Below are positions 37,984 to 46,956 of a DNA stretch of 52,042 bases, one piece after another (the stretch's first letter is position 1; the number at the start of each line of letters is the position of its first letter). The notes under the pieces were generated by a model, which searched no databases, had not been told where the DNA came from, and saw only the letters and a list, made by a program, of their open reading frames with translations. The stretch is from the NCBI GenBank assembly GCA_007376285.1, contig VMFZ01000002.1:1-52042 (forward strand), given 5' to 3'. Made by a program: the position numbers and the translations under genes. The stretch comes from Parcubacteria group bacterium Gr01-1014_17. Its GTDB lineage: Bacteria; Patescibacteriota; Minisyncoccia; Phycocordibacterales; UBA10002.

Positions 37984-40900
37984 CTACACTTTAATATCAA
38001 ACTTATAGAGATCTCCGCAGATTGAAGTTGTTTCGCCAACTGCAATCGAAACAAACTGAACATCTTTAAGCAATGCGGATTTTTTGAGTTCGCCAATAAA
38101 CTTTTCTACAAACGCCTTACCATCCGCGCTAGTGTCCACGATAAGCGTTGCTAAGTCGGAAATGGTCAATCCTTTCTTTTTGCGTAAATTCTGCACCGCA
38201 CGAACAAGTTCGCGAAAATTACCTTCTTCTTTGAGTTCTTGTGTTATTGTGGTATCTAATTCCACTTCTCCAGCAAGGGTTTTATCAAAGATTACCTCTT
38301 TTATATTTACTTCTTCTTGTATAAGGAGTAAGAATTCTGTGTGAATTTCTAATTTTTTAATTTTTAATTTTTGGAGAGGTTGTCGAATCTTTATATTCGC
38401 TTTCGCACGCGCTTCCAGTGCAAGTGACACTATTTTTCTCACTTCCTCCATTTTTTCTAGCACTCCAGTTTCCAATTTCCAGTTTCCAGTGTCTGGCCAA
38501 CTTTCAAGATGCACGCTTGGGACCGACAAAATCGGCACCAGATGTTTGAAGCCCCCAACATCTGGTGCCGTAAAAATAGACTGATACATCTCTTCCGCCA
38601 AAAACGGCATTATTGGGGCGATGAGTTTTGATAGAGATAGCAAGACCTCGCGCTGGGTCGCAAGCGCGTACTGCTTGTCTTGTTCGTTTTCGGACTTCAC
38701 CCGCGCCCGCGAACGGCGGATGTACCATGTGGAATAATCTTCTGTGAACGCGCGGATTTCACGGCACGCAGAGGGCGTATCATACACCTCCATTGCATTT
38801 GTGATTGTCTGCACAGCGCGCGCGAGGCGCGCGCGTATCCATACATCCAATATATGCATACTTTCTTCCGCGTGTGTTTTCCCGTTATACTTGTCTTTAT
38901 ATAACTCAAAAAACGAAAGACAGTTTCGTAGAATCCCCACCACGCGATTGTGCGCTTCGCGCACATCGTCATCGCGGAAACTCAAGTCCTCGCCCTGCAT
39001 CACCACACTTCCCATAAGGCACAACCGAAACGCGTCCGCGCCGTATTGGTCCATCAAAAGAAACGGGTCCGTGTAATTACCTTTTGATTTTGAGATTTTC
39101 GCGCCGTCTTCCGCTAAAATCGTACCGGTGGAAACCACTGCATTAAATGCGCGTCTGTTGGACAACAAAATACCAAGCGCGTGAAGGTAATAGAACCAAG
39201 TGCGCGTTTGGGCAATATATTCTGCAATAAAATCCGCCGGGTATTTCGCCGGCTTTGACGCAAACGGCATCGCCGCCGATTCCACCCAACAATCAACCAC
39301 TTCAGGAATGCGCTCGTATTCCCTTCCAGCTTCATCAACAAGAGTCAGCGTGTCTATCCACGGGCGGTGCAAATCAAGTTCATAGTCCTGATTGTGTGGG
39401 AAAAGTGCAAACTGAAGCACGAGCGTTTCTGCAAGCCCCAACATAACTCTGTCTGAAAACTGGTTAGACGGTTTACCTTCTGCAACTTGAGACAAAACCC
39501 ATAACGGACCGCCGTGTCCAACGATAAGAATTCTTTTATTTTGATAACGGCTCTCTATTTCAAACAAAAACTCGCCGACTCGCCGACGAACCTCTACAAG
39601 TGTCTGCTCGTTGCGTTCATGCAGGCGCTCGTCAACTATAACGGCGTTGTCCGGCAATCCGAGCTCTTTTTGAACAAGGAGAGCCGTCTCGCGCGTACGC
39701 ACAAACGGCGAGGTAATTATAAAATCAATTTTCTCGCGTTTAAGATTAGCAGCGGCATGCACCACACCCGCTTTTCCATTACCTGTCAGATGATTCTGCG
39801 GGTCTCCATACAAATCTTCTATGTTTTTAACATTATCAATCGCTTCGCCGTGCCGCATAATAAAATATTGATTGCCAGATTTTTTCACCAGATGTTTCAA
39901 TTCATCAAGTGAACCGACCACAATCACACGGCTACCTCCCTTCTCTTTCCAAATCGGCAACGGCGTCGCCCAAAAACGGTTACGCGAAATGTTCCAATCA
40001 GGAGCCCCTTCCACAATGTTTTTGAAACGACCGTGTTTCAAGTGTTCTGGCACCCACTGTATCTTTTCGTTTTCCGAAAGCATTTTCTTTTTTGCTTTTT
40101 GTATGGCGATGAACCACGACGGCACCGCGTTGTAAATCAAAGGCGTCCCACACCGATAGCAGTGCGGGTATTCGTGCGTGTTCAATGCGCGCGCAAAAAG
40201 CAATCCTCGTGTTTCCAAATCCGACTTTATTTCTTCCTCCGCATCCTTTACATACTTTCCGCGCAAAAACTCCGGTGCGTGTTCGTTGTACTTCGCGCTT
40301 GCATCAAGCAGTTGCACCATCGACAACCCTTCTTTCTGACCGAGCGCAAAATCATCTTCTCCATACATCACCGCCGTATGCACGATTCCCGTTCCTTCTT
40401 CCGTGTTAACAAAATCCGCTGCGTACACTTTGTATGATTTCTCCGACTTGAGCGCGGGTACTTCAAAAATCGGCTCGTATTCCAACCCAACCAACTTCTT
40501 TCCTTTTATTTCCTCTATTGTTTCGTACGCTTTCCCTTTAAAAACTTCGGCAAGTCGATCTTTTGCAAGAATAAAAAGATCGTTCTCGATTTTGACTTTC
40601 ACATAAACAATCTTCTCTCCCACTGCGAGCGCGACATTCCCCGGAAGCGTCCATGGCGTCGTCGTCCACGCAAGCAAATAAACATCCCCATTTAATCCAA
40701 TCTTCTCCGGTTTTTTGACCTTAAACTTTACCGTTACCGCTTCTTCCGTAATTTCTTTATAGGTATTGTCCATCGCAATCTCGGCTTTCGCCAAAGGCGT
40801 TTCGCAGTGCGGGCAATACATAAGCACCTTTTTTCCTTCATACAAAAGTTTTTTCTCGTGCAACTGTTTAAGCGCCCACCACACGCTCTCCATATATGAG

Positions 40901-41355
40901 TTGTCCATCGTCTTGTAGGAGTTTCCGAAATCCACGAATCGCCCCACGCGCTCCACATACTTTTCCCATTCTTTTTCAAACTCCAAAACGCTCGCGCGCG
41001 CCGCATTATTAAACGTGGCAATACCGATTTTCTCAATATCTTTTTTTGTTTTAAGCCCGAGCCGCTTTTCCACCAAGCTCTCAATCGGGAGCCCGTGGCA
41101 ATCCCACCCCCAACGCCTGGCCACGCGAAATCCGCACATTGTCTTGTAGCGTGGAATTACATCTTTAATCACGGAAGAAAGGAGCGAGCCATGATGCGGA
41201 AGCCCTGTCGCAAACGGCGGCCCATCATAAAACACAAAGTCGCCTTCAGGTGATTCCTTTTGCAAGGACTTCTCAAAAACCTTGTTTTCTTTCCAAAACT
41301 TCAATACTTCCCGTTCTTTGTCGGCAACCGTCTTTTTTTGTTGATTTCCATCCAT
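37984..41355 (-). CDS. ileS: Isoleucine--tRNA ligase (type 2) with inserted histidine phosphatase domain
   Basis: DGPPFATGLPHHGS, GWDCHGLP, WTTTPWTLP, GTGIVH, DWNISRNRFW, KISKS; internal RHGE domain. Confidence 0.96.
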   Translation of the reverse strand: MDGNQQKKTVADKEREVLKFWKENKVFEKSLQKESPEGDFVFYDGPPFATGLPHHGSLLSSVIKDVIPRYKTMCGFRVARRWGWDCHGLPIESLVEKRLGLKTKKDIEKIGIATFNNAARASVLEFEKEWEKYVERVGRFVDFGNSYKTMDNSYMESVWWALKQLHEKKLLYEGKKVLMYCPHCETPLAKAEIAMDNTYKEITEEAVTVKFKVKKPEKIGLNGDVYLLAWTTTPWTLPGNVALAVGEKIVYVKVKIENDLFILAKDRLAEVFKGKAYETIEEIKGKKLVGLEYEPIFEVPALKSEKSYKVYAADFVNTEEGTGIVHTAVMYGEDDFALGQKEGLSMVQLLDASAKYNEHAPEFLRGKYVKDAEEEIKSDLETRGLLFARALNTHEYPHCYRCGTPLIYNAVPSWFIAIQKAKKKMLSENEKIQWVPEHLKHGRFKNIVEGAPDWNISRNRFWATPLPIWKEKGGSRVIVVGSLDELKHLVKKSGNQYFIMRHGEAIDNVKNIEDLYGDPQNHLTGNGKAGVVHAAANLKREKIDFIITSPFVRTRETALLVQKELGLPDNAVIVDERLHERNEQTLVEVRRRVGEFLFEIESRYQNKRILIVGHGGPLWVLSQVAEGKPSNQFSDRVMLGLAETLVLQFALFPHNQDYELDLHRPWIDTLTLVDEAGREYERIPEVVDCWVESAAMPFASKPAKYPADFIAEYIAQTRTWFYYLHALGILLSNRRAFNAVVSTGTILAEDGAKISKSKGNYTDPFLLMDQYGADAFRLCLMGSVVMQGEDLSFRDDDVREAHNRVVGILRNCLSFFELYKDKYNGKTHAEESMHILDVWIRARLARAVQTITNAMEVYDTPSACREIRAFTEDYSTWYIRRSRARVKSENEQDKQYALATQREVLLSLSKLIAPIMPFLAEEMYQSIFTAPDVGGFKHLVPILSVPSVHLESWPDTGNWKLETGVLEKMEEVRKIVSLALEARAKANIKIRQPLQKLKIKKLEIHTEFLLLIQEEVNIKEVIFDKTLAGEVELDTTITQELKEEGNFRELVRAVQNLRKKKGLTISDLATLIVDTSADGKAFVEKFIGELKKSALLKDVQFVSIAVGETTSICGDLYKFDIKV

Positions 41356-41378
41356 CGCGCCATTTTAACATACAAAAA

Positions 41379-41404
41379 CAACCCCTGTCGTAAAACATGG
41401 GTTG
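41379..41404 (-). terminator. Probable intrinsic terminator
   Basis: caacccctgt-cgtaaa-acatgggttg with an adjacent A-run (U-tract on the minus strand). Confidence 0.5.
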
Positions 41405-41439
41405 GTGAGAAGCCGAAACCAAAGCCAAGTGACCGAGGG

Positions 41440-42111
41440 CTAGGACTCATTTTCTGAAGCCGAGGACTGAACTTGCGGGACAGCAAAGGCGAAGCCGCCG
41501 CCAGAGTCCCACCGACCGCCGGGCCCGTCAAAGTACGCGCCCAACCACTGACCGTCACCGACGCGAACCGTGCGGAGCAAGTTCGGGTAGCCGTCGGAGT
41601 CGTTGATGGGTTCGTGCATGGCAACGATGTACCACAGACCCATCGCTTCGATCTCCTTGTCCGTGAACTTTTCACGGATGAGGCAGGCCATCTCAGCGTT
41701 GGGCTTCGAGAGCTTGCGCGTGTCGGCCTCGGCGCGGATATTCTTCGTGATTCGGTCTTCATTCTTGAAGAGCGTGCCCTTGAGAACGGCGACTTCGGTC
41801 GTCACGCTGGATGTCGGCTTGAAGTCCGGCGAACGGAGCACCTGCTTGGCGTAGTCACCCACGCTGAAGCCTTTGCTCTCGAGCTTGGTAATCCAGGCCT
41901 CGCCAGTCGTGCCATCGCTTGTGACGGAGAAGTGAATCACTCCGTCTTGTTCGCGCCAGGAAGAGGTTTGTTTCGTAACAATCCATTCCCCGGAATTGAC
42001 CAACCTGACCGCTTCGTTTGGGTTATCCACCTGTGTTTGACGCATGAGGTTTTTGACCAATGCGTTCAGTTGACCGGCTGTGAGTTCTGCGGAAGCGAAT
42101 AATTCGCTCAT
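41440..42111 (-). CDS. Hypothetical protein, probable remote DGR target with C-terminal variable region
   Basis: C-terminus DSDGYPNLLRTVRVGDGQWLGAYFDGPGGRWDSGGGFAF with many NNC/NNT codons; higher GC than neighbours. Confidence 0.7.
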   Translation of the reverse strand: MSELFASAELTAGQLNALVKNLMRQTQVDNPNEAVRLVNSGEWIVTKQTSSWREQDGVIHFSVTSDGTTGEAWITKLESKGFSVGDYAKQVLRSPDFKPTSSVTTEVAVLKGTLFKNEDRITKNIRAEADTRKLSKPNAEMACLIREKFTDKEIEAMGLWYIVAMHEPINDSDGYPNLLRTVRVGDGQWLGAYFDGPGGRWDSGGGFAFAVPQVQSSASENES

Positions 42112-42250
42112 TTTATCTCCTTGCGCTTAATTGCGCGTTGAGTTTCACTCTCATCCGAGTAGGAACTATGGACTGTAGTAGTCATAGCCAGCAATCCCGA
42201 ACAGAGTTGAGGGACTTTTGGCTATGACCACGGCGATAAATCCATTCTTT

Positions 42251-42335
42251 CAAGGTGCTTTGAACTATGCAAAGTATAGCATGGACGGTGCCTTTTTGTC
42301 AAGGGGCTGAAATATGGCTCTGTTGAGCCCTATTT
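42251..42335 (-). promoter_or_regulatory. Conserved promoter module, copy 2 (hairpin, TTGACA-18-TATACT, boxA-like)
   Basis: Colinear with 34051-34135. Confidence 0.8.
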
Positions 42336-42355
42336 ACATCATTATAGAAACGGTC

Positions 42356-42598
42356 TCAACGATAGGTCGTATCGCTCCGCCATTGAATATCTAAATTAAC
42401 TGCACATTTTTTCTCATTCAAAGAAAACTGTATACGAACTGCGCCTTTGCGTATCCTGTACTTATTGTCAAAACCGCCCAATTTCTTTATATCTAAATCA
42501 GTAAAATCCCCCGCTGTGATGCGGGAAACTACTGCATCAAGCTCAACGCGCCCATTACGACCGAGCTTTCGAAGAAACTTTTCTACCTTGTTTGGCAT
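42356..42598 (-). CDS. RelE-like toxin
   Basis: DIKKLGGFDNKYRIRKGAVRI..RSDTTY. Confidence 0.85.
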   Translation of the reverse strand: MPNKVEKFLRKLGRNGRVELDAVVSRITAGDFTDLDIKKLGGFDNKYRIRKGAVRIQFSLNEKKCAVNLDIQWRSDTTYR

Positions 42599-42836
42599 CA
42601 AATTCGCGAATATACTTGAGCAGTTGTCCGGCAGTGATATTTCTGTCTTTACCCTTCGTCAAATCAAGTATTGTTTCCCAAGTGCCTTCATCACCCCACT
42701 CGTCTACCGGCACAGGCGCTAAGTGAAAAACGGGCTCCGAGCGACGCACCACCATGAAAGAGCGGCCGCGCTTTACCGCGCCGATATATTTCTCCGTATT
42801 ATTCCGCAGTTCCTTGAGTCCAATAATCGTTTGCAT
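42555..42836 (-). CDS. Phd/YefM-like antitoxin
   Basis: IIGLKELRNN..GRSFMVVRRSEPVF. Confidence 0.82.
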   Translation of the reverse strand: MQTIIGLKELRNNTEKYIGAVKRGRSFMVVRRSEPVFHLAPVPVDEWGDEGTWETILDLTKGKDRNITAGQLLKYIREFDAKQGRKVSSKARS

Positions 42837-42840
42837 ATCT

Positions 42841-42870
42841 TAAGTTTATCTTAAGATAACCTTATGTCAA
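42841..42870 (-). promoter_or_regulatory. TA promoter with palindromic operator
   Basis: TTGACA-16-TAAACT overlapping the perfect palindrome ttatcttaagataa (42846-42859). Confidence 0.7.
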
Positions 42871-42873
42871 ACA

Positions 42874-44622
42874 TTACATCTTCTCCGGCGTGGCGATGCC
42901 GAGAAGCCAGAGACCGTTTTTCATTACTTGCGCGAACGCCCGCGTGAGCGCGAGGCGATACGCCGTCTCATCGCCGGCATCTAAAATGCGCTCTTTCGCG
43001 TACCACCCGTTAAATGCGCCAGCGATCTCAATAAGATAGGTCGCAATATAATGCGGCGCGTATTCTTTGCCAGCGCGTTCAACAATTTCTGGGAAGCGAT
43101 AGAGAAAGCGAGGAAGAACATCCCCCCCACCCCCCTTCAAAGGGGGAGCTTTTACAGTTCCTCCCTTGAGGGAGGTGTCCCGACATAATGTCGGGACGGA
43201 GGATGTTCCTTTCCGCAACACCGAGCACGCCCGCGCGTAGGAATACTGCAAGTACGGCCCTGAGTCGCCTTCAAACGAAATTGATTTATCGAAATCAAAA
43301 ACAATATCTCCGCCGACTTGTTGGCGCAAAATGGAGTATTTTATAGAGCCGACAGCAACCACTTCAGCAACTTTTTCTTTTTCAATATCAGAAAATTCCC
43401 GTTCTTTTACTTTTTCCAACACCATCTTTTTAACCCGTTCAATAAGCCACTCGCCAGTAATCACGCCGCCTTTGCGCGACGACATTTTGCCGGTTGGAAG
43501 CCGCAACATTCCATGCGACAAATGCTTCGTCTTTTTCGCCAAATCCGGAAATACAAACTCCATCGCCTTCAAAAGTACCTTGAAATATTCATTTATCTCA
43601 TTACCTGTTATCACGACTGAAAAATCATAGGGATATTTTTCGTATTTTATTTTCGCAAGCCCCAATTCTTTCGCTTCATAGGTCGGAAGGCCTTGCGAAT
43701 TCAGAAAGACGCGGGTATGCAACCCTGACTTTGATTCCGGAAATACAACTGCGCCTTCGCTTTTTTCAAAAATCCTCCCAAGATTTTCTTCAACGAGTTT
43801 TTTCCCAAGCACGCCGGTCTCGCTCTCAAAAAAATAATAGTCAAACTTCGTCCCAAGTGTTTTGTAGATTCCTTCAAAGTGTTCCAAACTAACCTTTTTT
43901 CCATCTTGGTATATCTTATTTACCGTGTTGTCTGATTGTTCAAAAATCTTTGTGTTTAGTTCATTGATTTCTTTCTTGATGTCCTCGTAGGACTCATACA
44001 TTTCTGAACCATACGCATACGCCTTACCCCAGTCCGTAATGGTCTTGCCACCTAATTTTTGATATCCATAAACCGCTTTCGCAACATGAAGCCCGACATC
44101 GCCTTGATAGCACGCGCGCTTCACTTCTGCTCCGTGAAAAGCGGTAATGCGCGCGATTGCTTCTCCGATCGCGTTGCTCATCAAATGCCCGATATGAAAT
44201 TCCTTGAAGGGATTTGGTTGCGTATATTCAACCAAAGCCCTCATTCCCGCACAGTGTTCATTTCTTCCAAAATCATCTTTCTTTTCCAAAATTTCTTTCA
44301 CCTGCTCCGCAAAAAACTCTTTGGATAGATAAAAATTAATGAAACCAGCACCAGCCACTTCTGCCTTTCCCATCCAAGTTCCCATCCAAGGACTTCCAAT
44401 CCAAGGACTGTCCTTGGATTTTAAGGACAGTCCTTTTAATATTTTCTCCGCCAACTCCTTCGGCTTCATCTTCAATTCTTTCGCATACTGAAGCGCAACA
44501 TTCGTAGAATAATCGCCATGCGCCAAATCTTTGGGGTGTTCCAACGAAACCTCCGAGTTATCCACCCCGAGTGCTTTGAGCGCCTCGCCAATCACTTTTT
44601 TAATTTCTTCTGTAATCATCAC
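42874..44622 (-). CDS. argS: Arginine--tRNA ligase
   Basis: HGDYSTN, GAGFINF, PNPFKEFHIGH, KMSSRKG, GPYLQYSYAR, LLGI..PEKM. Confidence 0.97.
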   Translation of the reverse strand: MMITEEIKKVIGEALKALGVDNSEVSLEHPKDLAHGDYSTNVALQYAKELKMKPKELAEKILKGLSLKSKDSPWIGSPWMGTWMGKAEVAGAGFINFYLSKEFFAEQVKEILEKKDDFGRNEHCAGMRALVEYTQPNPFKEFHIGHLMSNAIGEAIARITAFHGAEVKRACYQGDVGLHVAKAVYGYQKLGGKTITDWGKAYAYGSEMYESYEDIKKEINELNTKIFEQSDNTVNKIYQDGKKVSLEHFEGIYKTLGTKFDYYFFESETGVLGKKLVEENLGRIFEKSEGAVVFPESKSGLHTRVFLNSQGLPTYEAKELGLAKIKYEKYPYDFSVVITGNEINEYFKVLLKAMEFVFPDLAKKTKHLSHGMLRLPTGKMSSRKGGVITGEWLIERVKKMVLEKVKEREFSDIEKEKVAEVVAVGSIKYSILRQQVGGDIVFDFDKSISFEGDSGPYLQYSYARACSVLRKGTSSVPTLCRDTSLKGGTVKAPPLKGGGGDVLPRFLYRFPEIVERAGKEYAPHYIATYLIEIAGAFNGWYAKERILDAGDETAYRLALTRAFAQVMKNGLWLLGIATPEKM

Positions 44623-44691
44623 GAAATGATTCTACCATTTTTCAGCAAACAAAAAAGGCGCACATATAAAGGTGGGCGCCTTTGCGATGAC

Positions 44692-45663
44692 TTACAACTC
44701 GGCTAGAGTTGTTGCAATTCCTTCGTGGTGGCGCACGACTCCTCCGCTCTCATCCACGAGTGGCACGCGAACTACGCGTTTTGCGTAACATTGCAGGCGC
44801 TTGAGATCAACGCGAACAGGTCGAGCGCGTTCACTGCGATACCGCGCCAGAATTGCTGGAGAGAAATCCGAGTTGTTGCAAATCACTGCGTCAAAACGAT
44901 CGCGGCCGAGATACGATAGAAGTACTTTTGCGAAACACGACGCGGTAAAACGATGTGTTTCCGCTTTCTTCGTCATGATGTTTACCACAAAGACTAGCTG
45001 TGCGCGGCTTTTTTTAATCGCCTCGCAAAAGCCGGAAACAAGTACATTCGGCACTATGGATGTGTAGAGGTCTCCAGGACAAAATATTATTTTGTCCGCA
45101 GAAATAAGTGCTTCGTATGCTGGAGTATAGATGTGAGCAGTGGGCTTAAGAAACACTCTGGTAATCATGCGATCGTCCGATGTTGAGCGGGTATCTATGA
45201 GACCTTCTCCATGTACAACAGTTCCGTCGGATAACACGGCACACAGTTCGGAATGGCTCAAGCTTACAGGCAAAACATTACCGGATATCCTGAACCAGCG
45301 GCACATGGTATGGATTGCGCCGATCATGCTTCCGGTAATATCAGAGAGAGCCGTCAACATAATATTCCCTACTGTCACATCGTCCAACGCAGAGCTGTTT
45401 TTCGGCGCAAAACGATACGCGAGGAGCGCGCGCAGTTCCGATTCTATGGTGTCGTCGGCAAGCGCGAGAATCGCCTGCCTAATATCTCCAGGCGGAAGAA
45501 CTCCGCGCTCATCGCGCAATTCCCCTGAATGGCCGCCATGGTCAAACATGGTTTGAATGGTCGTAATGTTCCGGCGGATATGCTTCAAAAAACGCGCAAC
45601 GCGATACACACCTCCGCCGCCTCCAACTAGCACGATTTGTTCATGTATGTTATTCATATTCAA
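44692..45663 (-). CDS. YvcK/GlmR (CofD-like, UPF0052) family protein
   Basis: VGGGGG, DHGGHSGELR, PPGDIR, PGDLYTSIVPN. Confidence 0.9.
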   Translation of the reverse strand: MNMNNIHEQIVLVGGGGGVYRVARFLKHIRRNITTIQTMFDHGGHSGELRDERGVLPPGDIRQAILALADDTIESELRALLAYRFAPKNSSALDDVTVGNIMLTALSDITGSMIGAIHTMCRWFRISGNVLPVSLSHSELCAVLSDGTVVHGEGLIDTRSTSDDRMITRVFLKPTAHIYTPAYEALISADKIIFCPGDLYTSIVPNVLVSGFCEAIKKSRAQLVFVVNIMTKKAETHRFTASCFAKVLLSYLGRDRFDAVICNNSDFSPAILARYRSERARPVRVDLKRLQCYAKRVVRVPLVDESGGVVRHHEGIATTLAEL

Positions 45664-45759
45664 TTCTCAAAGGACAATATCCGCACAATATAACAAATGT
45701 GTGCAGAGAAATATAACAACACCCAACAAAAAACCTGTGCAAGTTTTTTTAGTATGGCA

Positions 45760-46953
45760 CTATCTTCTTAACACCCTGTCAATTTTCCACGCAATCTCCC
45801 GAAAGTCCTTTTCTTTTTTTCCGCGCGTGGTTTCTGCGGCACTGCCGAGGCGTATTCCGGAGGGGTCCACGGGACTCCGTGTGTCAAAAGGAATTGTATT
45901 TTTGTTCACAATAATACCAGCTTTTTCCAGCCGCTCACTGGCATCCTTGCCAGTGAGCGACTGCCCTGAGCTTGTCGAAGGGCAGCCGCCCATCCACACA
46001 TCAACCAAGAGAAGATGGGAATCAGTACCGCCGCTTACAATGCGCCAATCAAGTTTCTTTAGTTCGTCCGCAAGTACTTGCGCATTTTTTATTACTTGCG
46101 CCGCGTACTTTCGAAACGCTGGCGTACTCGCCTCTTTAAGTGCAACTGCAACTGCTGCTATTTGATTGAGATGTGGACCACCTTGCATCCCTGGGAAAAC
46201 TGCTTTGTCTATTTTCTTATCTAACTCTCTATTATCTTTGCGAGAAAAAATCAAAGCTGCGCGCGGACCACGGAGTGTTTTGTGCACTGTAGTCGTTACA
46301 ACATCTGCGTACAGAAACGGGCTCGGATATACCCCTCCAGCTACCAGCCCTCCAGTGTGCGACATATCTACCATTAAATACGCACTGCATGAATCAGCTA
46401 TTTCGCGGAACTTTTTGAAATCAATCGTACGCGAATACGCGGTAAAACCTGCGACAATGAGTGCGGGCTTTTCGCGTGTGGCAATATCTTTTAACTCTTC
46501 GTAATCCAGCGTTTCTGTATTTTGAGCAACGCCGTACGGAACTTGTTGCCACATCTTTCCGGAAATAGAGACCTTATGCCCATGCGTCAGATGCCCACCG
46601 TGCGCGAGCGACATTCCCATAATTTTTCCTCCTTGCGGAACAAGCGCGAGATACACCGCAACATTTGCCGGCGAGCCGGAAAGCGGCTGGACATTCACGC
46701 TCCATTCGCTCGGAGAAAGTTTAAAAAGTTTGAGCGCGCGCTCTTTTGCAAGATTTTCTATTTTATCCATCACCTTATTTCCGCCATAATACCGCGCCCC
46801 CGGATACCCTTCGGCATACTTATTCGTCAGCTCGCTCCCGAGCGCCTCAAGCACATCTTTGGACACATAATTTTCCGACGCGATAAGATTAATGACGCTT
46901 TTCTGTCGTTTCTTCTCGGCATCTATGAGTTTTTTGATTTGAATGTCTTTCAT
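45760..46953 (-). CDS. glyA: Serine hydroxymethyltransferase
   Basis: LIASENY, NKYAEGYPG.RYYGG, GGHLTHG, TTTVHKTLRGPR. Confidence 0.98.
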   Translation of the reverse strand: MKDIQIKKLIDAEKKRQKSVINLIASENYVSKDVLEALGSELTNKYAEGYPGARYYGGNKVMDKIENLAKERALKLFKLSPSEWSVNVQPLSGSPANVAVYLALVPQGGKIMGMSLAHGGHLTHGHKVSISGKMWQQVPYGVAQNTETLDYEELKDIATREKPALIVAGFTAYSRTIDFKKFREIADSCSAYLMVDMSHTGGLVAGGVYPSPFLYADVVTTTVHKTLRGPRAALIFSRKDNRELDKKIDKAVFPGMQGGPHLNQIAAVAVALKEASTPAFRKYAAQVIKNAQVLADELKKLDWRIVSGGTDSHLLLVDVWMGGCPSTSSGQSLTGKDASERLEKAGIIVNKNTIPFDTRSPVDPSGIRLGSAAETTRGKKEKDFREIAWKIDRVLRR

Positions 46954-46956
46954 AGT

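Noticed and set aside
33384-42111. Complete DGR (RT, TR, Avd) in the window
   Set aside because: No reverse transcriptase ORF and no AAC-rich template copy of either variable region were seen.
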